Virus genome (UHGV): UHGV-1371085
Reading direction: 5' to 3' (one strand)
Length of the DNA: 48,079 nucleotides
Source: a virus
Shown here: in pieces, positions 7,505 to 16,176 of the stretch
Numbering within the stretch: the first letter of the stretch is position 1
Layout of the letters: every line of letters starts with the position of its first letter
Position numbers and translations under genes: made by a program
The notes under the pieces: model-generated
The model's database searches: none
Seen by the model: only the letters and a program-made list of their open reading frames with translations
What the model was told of the DNA's origin: nothing

Positions 7505-8991
7505 TGGCAATAAAGACCATTTACGACCTTACAGCAGACATCAAAAAAGATGCCTGGTACGACATCACCAAGCCGCCAGGGCTTGCTGGTGAGATAGCTG
7601 AAGACATCGCCGCTGGTGAAGTGCGAGAACAGCCAAGGTTGCGCGCTGTGGCAGCACTGCATGAGTTGGTCATTGCCAGCAAAGGTAAAATTAAAACCCC
7701 GAGCGGCATGAAAGGAAACTTGCTGACCATCTGTATTGCTGATTCCGCCGGTGGTAAAGACCGTTCTCAAAGTCATTTCAAGATGATCGCCCGCGATATC
7801 GACAAAGGTCAGCACGTTTTTGGCCGCATAGCATCATCAAAAGATATCGGGCGCACACTGATAAACCATGAAGGCGTGGCAACATTTATTATTGATGAAT
7901 GCCATGGTCTTTTTGGCGTGATGTCACAAAAGAATGGCGCCACCTATATGGCAGAGCTTGGCTCTGAAATTCTCTCAATCTATTCAGACCGCCTGAAAAA
8001 ATTCTCTGACCTTGATGCCATTAATGCGAAGGAGTTGCTGGAGAAGGAGTTAAAAAAACTGCGAGCAGAAGTTAAGGATAAAGGCATTGTTGAGACTGAG
8101 TATCGTCGCCGTGAAATGCAACTTGAAAGAGAGATTTTGTGGCCCATCCAGAACGGGATAGAAGACCCTATATTTTCAATGATGTGCTTCTCAACGCCTG
8201 AAAAGCTGGCAAGCATCATCTGCTCTGAAAACATTGGTACCGGCCTTATTGGTCGTGCGATATTCATCAAAGGAAAAGATGGCCGAGCAAGGAAAGCAAA
8301 AAGATTCGGTCACAAGACGCCACCATCTCTTATCGAGAAGATGAAACAGATAGAGAAATCAGCGCCAACCGTGGCGAGATACGAAGATACAATGGTTGAG
8401 CAACTTGCTGAATCTCTTGATGATCGTTTTGAGGAGTTGCGGAATGATGTTTCGCTAGGAGCTGTAATATCACGTTCATTTGAGCAGGTAGAGAAAGTGG
8501 CAACAGCTCTTTCTGCTGGAAACAAAGGGGTCATTACAGAGGCCATGCTGATGTGGGCTTTTTGCTTTGTGTGCGAAAGCCTTACTGACGTAATGAGCAT
8601 GCTTAAGGTGAATGAGAGCCAGGAGGAACTTGGCACCATGGCGCGATGGAACGAGATTAAAAACCGCATTGAAAACGTGCTATCTGGTAGAACACGCGAT
8701 GATTCAATGCCTCAGTCAAGCATTATTCAGCGAGTAGTTAAAACCAAGTCGCTAAAAGGACTGGCAGAAGCTATTGCTCGTACCAATGGAGAGGATTTTA
8801 ATTTCGGCGCAAAAACACTTATCACGCCAGTAATGCAGGCATTAATGGAGTCAAGGGCTATTGATGCTGTCGGTTGCGGTTACTGGATTAACGACGCGAG
8901 CAAGTTTGAGTCGACAAAAATGAGCATCAAATTCTCTCAGATTGTTGAGGGTATCGGCATGAATATGGCGGCACAGAGAGGTTGGAGATGA
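7501..8991 (+). CDS. large unknown protein (496 aa) with degenerate SF2-helicase-like motif I and a DECH box
   Basis: LTICIADSAGGKDRS resembles a degraded Walker A. FIIDECHGLFG is a DExH-type motif II, and the 644-aa helicase in this genome has DECHQ. A central coiled-coil segment is present. No family could be assigned. Confidence 0.65.
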   Translation: MMAIKTIYDLTADIKKDAWYDITKPPGLAGEIAEDIAAGEVREQPRLRAVAALHELVIASKGKIKTPSGMKGNLLTICIADSAGGKDRSQSHFKMIARDIDKGQHVFGRIASSKDIGRTLINHEGVATFIIDECHGLFGVMSQKNGATYMAELGSEILSIYSDRLKKFSDLDAINAKELLEKELKKLRAEVKDKGIVETEYRRREMQLEREILWPIQNGIEDPIFSMMCFSTPEKLASIICSENIGTGLIGRAIFIKGKDGRARKAKRFGHKTPPSLIEKMKQIEKSAPTVARYEDTMVEQLAESLDDRFEELRNDVSLGAVISRSFEQVEKVATALSAGNKGVITEAMLMWAFCFVCESLTDVMSMLKVNESQEELGTMARWNEIKNRIENVLSGRTRDDSMPQSSIIQRVVKTKSLKGLAEAIARTNGEDFNFGAKTLITPVMQALMESRAIDAVGCGYWINDASKFESTKMSIKFSQIVEGIGMNMAAQRGWR

Positions 8992-9179
8992 TTACAATAA
9001 ACGGATATATAGTAAGGTCAGAAGGCGCATACCATTTTAGACCCTATGGGTGGAGTGTGTGGTTTTTCTGGAGCAAGATGCAAGGATGTTGGTTGATATC
9101 AAATTATCATGTTATTGATAAATACTGGCATCGCCATCTTCATGCAAGTGTTGATATAAATAGACTGATGATAAGATAA
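8982..9179 (+). CDS. doubtful Trp-rich ORF (65 aa) in a palindrome-rich segment
   Basis: Overlaps the end of the 496-aa gene. The region contains TTGATATCAA and a TTATCA n6 TGATAA palindrome and may be non-coding. Confidence 0.2.
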   Translation: MEMITINGYIVRSEGAYHFRPYGWSVWFFWSKMQGCWLISNYHVIDKYWHRHLHASVDINRLMIR

Positions 9180-9180
9180 C

Positions 9181-9212
9181 AAAAAACCCTCCATCAGGAG
9201 GGTTTGTTTTTT
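9181..9212. terminator. bidirectional rho-independent terminator
   Basis: AAAAAA ccctcc atca ggaggg TTTGTTTTTT. The primase stop codon lies in the loop. Confidence 0.7.
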
Positions 9213-10084
9213 AGTGCTTCAAATAGTTCTCCTGGTTTATACAGCCTTTTTCTGATGGCGCTGCTGTAGCGGATATCCTGACCATCATCAGTAATCAGTA
9301 TTGGCAGACCTGCATTCTCGGCCGCGCATACCTCATCGAAATTATTATTAATGATGCAACGCAGTTTGGCTCGCTGCTCATCGCTAACATTACGCACAAC
9401 TTCCCACATGTTTTCAGGCGACCAGCAACACCAGACATGAGCGCCGGTAAGCCGGTGTGCTCTCCATGCGTCAAAGTAATTTGCCACAATGTATGTCCAC
9501 TCTGTCTTATCGCCGATGGGTGTCACTGCGCCGCGTGTAAGCCTTCCTCGAGTGTACTCATGGCTGAAACCAGCGCGAAATGACACGCTTTCATCGTCAG
9601 CAATGAATGCCACATTACATAGCGTCATGGTTCCAGCCATATAGAGTGGTATCGCCACCAGTTCACCAGTTTTGCCGGTTATGGTGTCATTTCCCGCCTT
9701 TTTCATGATCGCCTCCACTTCATCTGGAGCAAGGCAGTCTGATGCACCATTGACTTTTGGCAACTGCTTTCTAATCGCCTCAAGTTTTTCGCGTGGATGC
9801 ATATTCAAAAATCCGGCCAGTGCCTCCATTGACTCTGGAAACGTCATTCCTGACAGCTTCATTAGCCAGGTGATGCCGCTCCCGTTTCCGCACTGGTTGC
9901 AGATGGCGCCGCCGTCGCCTTTTGTTTCGAAGTTGTTATCCCACCTAAACCTGTCCTTACCCATGCAATGAGGGCATGGCTGATGCTTCCCAGTAAAAAC
10001 ATTCCTATCAATATTCACTATTGAGAGTAGCGCGGCCTCCCAGTTACCAATCATCCTTTGTCGTATATCTTCCCAATAAAACAT
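9194..10084 (-). CDS. DNA primase (CHC2-type zinc finger plus TOPRIM-like domain)
   Basis: HQPCPHCMGKDRFRW...CNQCGNGSGITW is a CHC2-type zinc-binding motif. The downstream acidic LITDDGQD resembles a TOPRIM DxD motif. It is the only minus-strand gene in the replication block. Confidence 0.6.
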   Translation of the reverse strand: MFYWEDIRQRMIGNWEAALLSIVNIDRNVFTGKHQPCPHCMGKDRFRWDNNFETKGDGGAICNQCGNGSGITWLMKLSGMTFPESMEALAGFLNMHPREKLEAIRKQLPKVNGASDCLAPDEVEAIMKKAGNDTITGKTGELVAIPLYMAGTMTLCNVAFIADDESVSFRAGFSHEYTRGRLTRGAVTPIGDKTEWTYIVANYFDAWRAHRLTGAHVWCCWSPENMWEVVRNVSDEQRAKLRCIINNNFDEVCAAENAGLPILITDDGQDIRYSSAIRKRLYKPGELFEALKNKPS

Positions 10085-10085
10085 G

Positions 10086-10114
10086 TTGACTCCATCTGTT
10101 ACTGTTTGTATGCT
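10086..10114 (+). promoter_or_regulatory. promoter: -35 TTGACT, 17-bp spacer, -10 TATGCT
   Basis: It abuts the primase start codon, so the arrangement is divergent. It lies upstream of HNH gene 10147. Confidence 0.35.
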
Positions 10115-10146
10115 TTAAGCGTAACACTGAATAAGGGTAACGTAAA

Positions 10147-10668
10147 GTGAATGATTTCGAATTGATGAAGTCAAAAGAGAGGTCAATACCAGTATCCACG
10201 CTGCGTGAGTACTTTTCATACGACGGAATAAATCTCATATGGAAAAGAACAACAACAAACAGGGTTAAACGTGGTGCTATTGCAGGCTCAAAGACTGTAA
10301 GTGGATATCTTCAGGTTGGTTTTTTAGGCTTTGATATAAAGGTTCATAGAATAATATGGGCGTTAGTGCATGGTTATTGGCCTGAGTTAATAATAGACCA
10401 TATCGATGGGAATCCTTTAAACAACAAAATAGAAAACCTTAGAGAGGCAAACTTTAACGAAAATGTTAGAAACATGAGAACCCCAAAACACAACACATCA
10501 GGAGTGAAAGGTGTAGGTTTTTGCAAGCAGACAGGTAGATGGACTTGCTGGATATGGGTTAATAATAAAAAAATATGGCTTGGAAGGCATGCGACAAAAG
10601 AAGCAGCCGCAAGGGCGTATGCAATAGCATCTAAAAAATACCACAAAGATTTTGGTCGATTGAAATAA
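10147..10668 (+). CDS. HNH homing endonuclease with a C-terminal AP2 DNA-binding domain
   Basis: HRIIWALVHGYWPELIIDHIDGNPLNNKIENLREA is the HNH motif. SGVKGVGFCKQTGRWTCWIWVNNKKIWLGRHATKEAAARAYAIASKKYH is an AP2 domain. Codon use is AT-rich, and the gene starts at a GTG with an SD. Confidence 0.85.
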   Translation: MNDFELMKSKERSIPVSTLREYFSYDGINLIWKRTTTNRVKRGAIAGSKTVSGYLQVGFLGFDIKVHRIIWALVHGYWPELIIDHIDGNPLNNKIENLREANFNENVRNMRTPKHNTSGVKGVGFCKQTGRWTCWIWVNNKKIWLGRHATKEAAARAYAIASKKYHKDFGRLK

Positions 10669-10682
10669 TTGGGTGATTCAAA

Positions 10683-12617
10683 ATGCAAAAAATTGATGCA
10701 ATGATTGCTGAGCTGGATATGGATAAGCTGCGAGCCAGTATCCATACTGGAGAGATTGAGCCGCGCCCTTATCAGTGGCTGGTATATGAAAAGACAGCGG
10801 AGGTTATCCGCAAGTTTGGTAAGCAGCCCAAGCCAAGTTATGTTACCGCTTCAGTTGGCGCCGGTAAGACCATCATGATAGCCATGATTGCCCGTCGTTT
10901 CCAGGATATGGGATGGGAGGGTCTTGTCATCGCGCGACAAGGCGAAATTATTGAGCAGGATGCTGAGGAGCTTTGGAACCTGAGCGTGAAAAACTCTTTG
11001 TTTAGCGCTTCACTTGGGCGTAAGGCTTATTCCTATCCGCTTATCGCGGGAACAGAGGGCACAATAATAAATGGCCTTTTTGATAAGACGGCAGACGATG
11101 GCACAGTGACAAAATCTTTGCTTTCTGACTTTACCCCTCGCTACATCCTTGTCGATGAATGTCACCAGGTTAACTGGCAGGACATAATATCAGAGCAGCC
11201 AGAGACGCAGTACGGTGTCATTATGAATGAACTTAATCGGCGCTGTAAAGCGAAGTATGGGCATGAGGTGATTGTCATTGGCTACACCGGCAGCCCATTT
11301 CGCGGCGTTGAGTCTATCAAGGGTGCTTACTGGAAACATGAAATCGTCAACATCAGCACGAAATACCTTGTCGACCTTGGTTTTCTGGTTCCGACAATTT
11401 TCGGCGGCCAGGATATCGAGGACTTGCAATACGATCTGCATGAGTTTGCCAGTAGTGACGTTGACGGAGTGCAGGACTTTACCGCTGAGCAGCTAAAGCA
11501 AATGGAAAATAGCATTCTCAAGCAAAATGAAAAGCTTGATAAAATAATGTCAAGTGTTATTTCCATGACATCTGGAAGAAACGGAGTTTTAATTACATGT
11601 GCCGGAAAGCGACATTGCAGAGATGTGGCGAAATATCTGCCAGAAGGAAGTTATTCAATCGTAACTGAGGATATGGGGCAGAAAGCCAGACGGAAAGCAC
11701 TGAAAGACGCGGCCACCGGGCGCAAAAAATACACGCTGCAAATCGGTTGTCTGACGACTGGCGTCAACATCCCATATTGGGACACGTCTGTCATCCTGAG
11801 AAAAATCATGTCACTGACTCTTCTGACGCAGTTGCTTGGCCGTGGCATGCGATTATTGAAGCCAGACCAGATTGCCGCAGGTCTGGTGAAAGAAAACCAT
11901 CTTTGCCTTGACTTCACCGGAACCATGTTCGAGTTGGGCGGTCTGTACGAAGACCCTATTCTTGAAGAAGCAGAAGCGCAGCGCGCCAAGCGTAGCGGAG
12001 AGCAGGTTCCATGCCCTAAATGCCAGACGATGAACAGCCCATATGCACGGCGTTGCATCGGTAAAGATGCAACATCGCCAGATGGCCGATGCGAAGAGTT
12101 TTTCAGCTTCATTCGTTGTGGTTTCGACAAGCACGGAATCCGTATCTTTGATGATGGTTGCGGCACAAAGAACGACCCGACAGCTCGTTATTGCCGTCAA
12201 TGCGATCACGTTTTGCGTGACCCTAATGCGGCGCTTAATGAGCGTGCTTATACCGATAAAGAATGGACAGATGTACAAGATTTTAAAGTCGAGTTGACCA
12301 AAGACGCTGAGGGGGTTCTTTATCGTTATTTCTGCATAAAAGCAAATGGAAAAAAGGGTTGGGCCAATGAGGTTTTCTATCCGTTCGGCGGAAAGCCAAA
12401 ACATCTACGTGACATGTTTAAAATGAAGGCTCTGCTTCCTCACCTGGAAGATAAATCCATGATGAAAAAGATGATGGACTGCCAGAATGCGAAAACGTTC
12501 ATGATGTACGCTGCGTTGATTCGTGCGCCAAAACGTATCACGCATCGAATTAATGATAAAGGACGTGACATTATTCACAGGAAGGATTTCATAGGAGAAC
12601 AAGTTGAAGCAGCTTAA
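10683..12617 (+). CDS. SF2 DExH-box helicase with a C-terminal zinc ribbon
   Basis: Walker A SVGAGKT, motif II LVDECHQ, and CPKCQTMNSPYARRC / CRQCDH zinc-ribbon pairs. Confidence 0.8.
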   Translation: MQKIDAMIAELDMDKLRASIHTGEIEPRPYQWLVYEKTAEVIRKFGKQPKPSYVTASVGAGKTIMIAMIARRFQDMGWEGLVIARQGEIIEQDAEELWNLSVKNSLFSASLGRKAYSYPLIAGTEGTIINGLFDKTADDGTVTKSLLSDFTPRYILVDECHQVNWQDIISEQPETQYGVIMNELNRRCKAKYGHEVIVIGYTGSPFRGVESIKGAYWKHEIVNISTKYLVDLGFLVPTIFGGQDIEDLQYDLHEFASSDVDGVQDFTAEQLKQMENSILKQNEKLDKIMSSVISMTSGRNGVLITCAGKRHCRDVAKYLPEGSYSIVTEDMGQKARRKALKDAATGRKKYTLQIGCLTTGVNIPYWDTSVILRKIMSLTLLTQLLGRGMRLLKPDQIAAGLVKENHLCLDFTGTMFELGGLYEDPILEEAEAQRAKRSGEQVPCPKCQTMNSPYARRCIGKDATSPDGRCEEFFSFIRCGFDKHGIRIFDDGCGTKNDPTARYCRQCDHVLRDPNAALNERAYTDKEWTDVQDFKVELTKDAEGVLYRYFCIKANGKKGWANEVFYPFGGKPKHLRDMFKMKALLPHLEDKSMMKKMMDCQNAKTFMMYAALIRAPKRITHRINDKGRDIIHRKDFIGEQVEAA

Positions 12618-13020
12618 AAGCGGTATATGGGTATTCGATAGCGGTTATCGCGGTGATTGCCCGAAGGAGGAGACTGACCAGATGGCCTATGGTCTGTGGA
12701 TGCAATACCGTTTTCCTGATGCTCTGTGGTTTCATGTTCCAAATGAGACCGGCACAAAGAGTGGCCCTCAGTTCGTCGAAAAACGCCGAAAAATGGGCGT
12801 CAGGAGCGGCGTAAGCGACAATGTGATACTAACTCACGGCATTAATCATAAATGCGGCCTGATTGAGCTGAAGAGGCGTGATAAGACAAAATCAAAAGTA
12901 TCACCATCGCAGATTGAGGTTCTTGAGTGCGCCATTGCAGAGGGGCATTTTGGCGCCATTGCTTATGGTCTTGATGAGTTAAAAAGAGCGACGTTATTCT
13001 ATTTTGGGCTTGATGAATGA
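12604..13020 (+). CDS. VRR-NUC domain nuclease
   Basis: HVPNE...GVSDNVIL...GLIELKRRD fits the PD-(D/E)xK VRR-NUC pattern. Overlaps the end of the helicase gene. Confidence 0.6.
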   Translation: MKQLKSGIWVFDSGYRGDCPKEETDQMAYGLWMQYRFPDALWFHVPNETGTKSGPQFVEKRRKMGVRSGVSDNVILTHGINHKCGLIELKRRDKTKSKVSPSQIEVLECAIAEGHFGAIAYGLDELKRATLFYFGLDE

Positions 13021-13065
13021 CGTGGTTTGATGTAGATTGATTTAACAATAAAAAAGAGGTGATGG

Positions 13066-14022
13066 ATGAAAGTTTATTTAAACAACGAACTCAGTAATGA
13101 CCAGTATCACGCTGACACAGAGCACATCAATGGCTCTGGTCTGTGGAATATCTTGGACAGATGCCCGGCAGCGTGGCGCTACAAAGATGAAGAAGATGAG
13201 CAGTCAAAGGCTCTGGTTTTCGGTACTGGTAGCCATACAGCACTGCTTGAACCTGAGCGCTTCGAAGCAGAATATGCACGCATGCCAGTTGTTGAAGATT
13301 TTCCAAAAGACAAAGATGGCAATCGCACGGTGCTGGTGACTACGGCAGACATGAACTCATGGGCGAAAGAGCGCGGCATCAAGGGTCTTTCAGGGAAGTC
13401 GAAAGCTGATGTGATAAAAATCATTCAGGCTACTGGCGAGCCAGTACAAATTTACGATGTTATCCGTGAAGAGGCAGAGAAGGCTGCTACTGGTAAATCG
13501 ATGCTGGAAGGCGATGACTACGACGCCATCATGCAGATGCGCGCCGTAATCCATGCAAATAGCTATTACAGTAGTCTGCTTTCTGGTGCTTATTCCGAGG
13601 TGTCAATTCTCGGTGAGTTGCTTGGCGAACCATCAAAAGTACGCTTTGACTGCCTTACGCGCGGCGGAGACATCATTGACTACAAAACAGCAGTGAGCGC
13701 CAAGCCTGATGAGTTTTTCCGGCATGCTGCGCGGCTAGGGTACTTTATGAAGATGGCAATGCAGCACGATATGTTTGTCGAGGCTTATGGGCATGCGCCT
13801 CGCTCGGTAAACCTTCTGGTGCAGGAGAAAAAATCGCCATTCATCCCTGCGTTAATTCGCCTGACTGATGAGCAGTTACGCATTGGCCGCATTCAGCTGC
13901 GCAGCGCGATGGAAATCTATAAGGCATGCAAAAAAGCCAGTTCATGGCCCGGTTACTCAATGGGTAATCCTGTCATCGAAATGGAAACACCAGAATGGTT
14001 CAAAAAGCAGTTTAACCTGTAA
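13066..14022 (+). CDS. PD-(D/E)XK exonuclease (RecE / lambda-Exo / Cas4-like)
   Basis: GGDIIDYKT is a D/ExK motif. The gene sits next to the Sak4-like ATPase and SSB, which together look like a recombination module. Confidence 0.55.
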   Translation: MKVYLNNELSNDQYHADTEHINGSGLWNILDRCPAAWRYKDEEDEQSKALVFGTGSHTALLEPERFEAEYARMPVVEDFPKDKDGNRTVLVTTADMNSWAKERGIKGLSGKSKADVIKIIQATGEPVQIYDVIREEAEKAATGKSMLEGDDYDAIMQMRAVIHANSYYSSLLSGAYSEVSILGELLGEPSKVRFDCLTRGGDIIDYKTAVSAKPDEFFRHAARLGYFMKMAMQHDMFVEAYGHAPRSVNLLVQEKKSPFIPALIRLTDEQLRIGRIQLRSAMEIYKACKKASSWPGYSMGNPVIEMETPEWFKKQFNL

Positions 14023-14042
14023 TTTATAGTAAATGAGGTGAA

Positions 14043-15083
14043 GTGATGGGTATTTTAAATATTAAAGCAGCAGAGCGCTCAGGATCTCGCGTAGTGATTG
14101 GCATTTCAGGTCAGTCTGGCAGCGGAAAGACATACAGCGCACTTAAACTGGCACGCGGCATGGTTGACTCGCCGGAAGAGATTGGCTTCCTCGACACAGA
14201 AAACGGGCGCGGACGTCTTTACTCAAATATTCTTGATGGCAAATTCCTGCATGCTGACCTGTATGCACCGTTTAGCCCCGCACGTTATCGCCAGGCTATA
14301 GAAGAGTTCCAAAAAGCAGGCGTTAAAGTGCTGGTTATCGATTCCGGTTCGCATGAGTGGGAGGGTGAAGGTGGGTGTTCAGATATCGCCGATCAGCCGC
14401 TGCTGCAAGGAAAGAAAATGGCAGACTGGAAGCGCGCCAAGGCTGAGCATAAGAAGTTTATGAGTGCATTATTGCAGAGCAATATGCATATCATCGTCTG
14501 CCTGCGTGCGCGCAATAAGACCGACTTCAGCAACCCAAAAGACCCCATGCCACTTGGTCTGCACCCGGTCTGTGAAAAGGATTTCATGTTTGAAATGACA
14601 GTCAGCATGATGATGTATGACAATGGGAAGGTGCAGGATTTTACCAAGCTACCGGAGGAACTGCGCCCGATATTTTTTGAATCTGGCAGAGATAGTCAGC
14701 ATCATGGATATATTGGTGAAGCGCATGGGCGAGGTTTAATTAAATGGGTTGAGTCTGGCGTTAAGATTGATGAGGAGTTTGAGCGCTGGCGTTCCAAGTT
14801 GCAAATGACCGCCTCACGCGGAGTTGCGGCACTGAATGCTGAGGCTGCAAATATTCCAGATTCGGTCAAAAAGAAAATCAGGGAAATATGGTCAACACTC
14901 AAGGCATCAGCAGAAGAGTATGAGCGCATTGAGTCATTCATTAATGATGATTCGCCAGCAGCGGTAACTATCACACCGCAGGACGATTTCAACCCGGCTA
15001 AACTCCAGAAAGCAGACGCGCCTGCACCATCTGCAACCGAAGAGAAGCCATCAACATCTCAACAGAACATCGAAAACTTTTAA
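14043..15083 (+). CDS. RecA-fold AAA ATPase (Sak4-like recombination protein)
   Basis: P-loop GISGQSGSGKTYSAL, Walker B VLVIDSGSHEW, and an acidic, low-complexity C-terminus. Confidence 0.55.
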   Translation: MMGILNIKAAERSGSRVVIGISGQSGSGKTYSALKLARGMVDSPEEIGFLDTENGRGRLYSNILDGKFLHADLYAPFSPARYRQAIEEFQKAGVKVLVIDSGSHEWEGEGGCSDIADQPLLQGKKMADWKRAKAEHKKFMSALLQSNMHIIVCLRARNKTDFSNPKDPMPLGLHPVCEKDFMFEMTVSMMMYDNGKVQDFTKLPEELRPIFFESGRDSQHHGYIGEAHGRGLIKWVESGVKIDEEFERWRSKLQMTASRGVAALNAEAANIPDSVKKKIREIWSTLKASAEEYERIESFINDDSPAAVTITPQDDFNPAKLQKADAPAPSATEEKPSTSQQNIENF

Positions 15084-15092
15084 GGGCAAATT

Positions 15093-15596
15093 ATGGCATC
15101 TCGCGGAATCAACAAAGTAATTATTCTTGGCACTCTGGGGCAAGACCCGGAAGTGAAATACATGCCGTCTGGCGGCGCTGTCTGTAATCTGTCGCTAGCA
15201 ACATCAGAACAGTGGAATGACAAGGCCACAGGTGAAAAGAAAGAGCAGACAGAGTGGCATCGCGTGGTTATCTTCGGAAAGCTAGCAGAGGTAGCTGGCG
15301 AATACCTGCGCAAAGGCTCTCAGGTGTATGCAGAAGGAAAATTACGCACTCGCAAATGGACAGATCAAAGCGGTGTTGAAAAATACACCACTGAAATCGT
15401 CTTGCAGCCGATGAACGGAGTTATGCAAATGATTGGTGGTAAATCAAGTGATAATGGAAGTCAGCAATCACAACAGCGGCAACAGTCAGGAAGCAATCAG
15501 CAACCAGGATGGGGTAAACCTCAGCAACCATCAAACACGTCAAAACCACCGGCAAACGAGCCGCCGATGGATTTTGATGATGATATTCCGTTTTGA
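15093..15596 (+). CDS. ssb: single-stranded DNA-binding protein
   Basis: The N-terminal OB fold [41 protein letters not shown] is followed by a Gln/Gly-rich linker and the C-terminal DFDDDIPF tail. Confidence 0.9.
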   Translation: MASRGINKVIILGTLGQDPEVKYMPSGGAVCNLSLATSEQWNDKATGEKKEQTEWHRVVIFGKLAEVAGEYLRKGSQVYAEGKLRTRKWTDQSGVEKYTTEIVLQPMNGVMQMIGGKSSDNGSQQSQQRQQSGSNQQPGWGKPQQPSNTSKPPANEPPMDFDDDIPF

Positions 15597-15602
15597 TGAA
15601 GA

Positions 15603-15635
15603 AAAGGGCCGAAAGGCCCTTAAATAAATCTTTAA
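15603..15635 (+). terminator. probable terminator at the end of the rightward operon
   Basis: Hairpin aagggcc gaaa ggccctt followed by an A/T-rich tail. Confidence 0.4.
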
Positions 15636-15683
15636 CCAAATAACATCTTGCACCGGTTGCCTGGTTGCACCGTTATCCTGCAC

Positions 15684-15772
15684 TTATCTGGCATGAGTAG
15701 TTACACCTTTGGTCCACAGGAAGATGGTGAACCAAGGGTGTAACTGATTTACTCATCCATGCATTGCGCTTA
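15684..15772. other. long imperfect hairpin (about 25 bp interrupted stem, 17-nt loop) in the convergent intergenic region
   Basis: gcatgagtagttacacctttggt...accaagggtgtaactgatttactcatccatgc, with stems gcatg/catgc, agta/tact, gttacacc/ggtgtaac and ttggt/accaa. Confidence 0.4.
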
Positions 15773-15944
15773 ATTTACAACCTCCACTCCCCAGAATTAA
15801 AAATCTCATCCGTGATGGTGCTGTTTACTGATAGCGTCGAGAACGACTACTCACCGACCTATGATGACAGATCCGAAGAAGACTGGATTTGTTTTTGATA
15901 TGAAACAGACCCGCCATAACGGCGGGTCTAACCGGCGTGGTGAA

Positions 15945-16166
15945 TCATGAAATAATAACCCACGACTCTGAGGATTCTCCCTCCTCTCTTTCGGCATCTC
16001 GCCAGAAGCGGGGGAGATCGTCAGATTCGACAATAACATAGCTGTACGATTCTATGCCGTCGTCTGTATAGGTCATTTTCACGACATACGCCCCCTCCCG
16101 CATATCCTTGAATCTGGCCTTTTTCCCACTATCAAGTTCTGCTTTTGCGTTATCCCAGTTCATCAT
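15945..16166 (-). CDS. hypothetical small acidic protein downstream of the tailspike (73 aa from MMNWDN)
   Basis: ORF with SD GAGGA. It ends the leftward tail operon. Confidence 0.4.
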   Translation of the reverse strand: MMNWDNAKAELDSGKKARFKDMREGAYVVKMTYTDDGIESYSYVIVESDDLPRFWRDAEREEGESSESWVIIS

Positions 16167-16176
16167 ATGTAAATCC

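Noticed and set aside
11651-12404. Minus-strand ORFs of 171 and 183 aa inside the helicase gene
   Set aside because: They are antisense to a helicase gene with clear motifs. No start signals were seen.
15684-15772. Possible tRNA in the 89-nt hairpin region
   Set aside because: It has no cloverleaf, no GTTC T-loop and no CCA-compatible acceptor. It is a single long interrupted hairpin.
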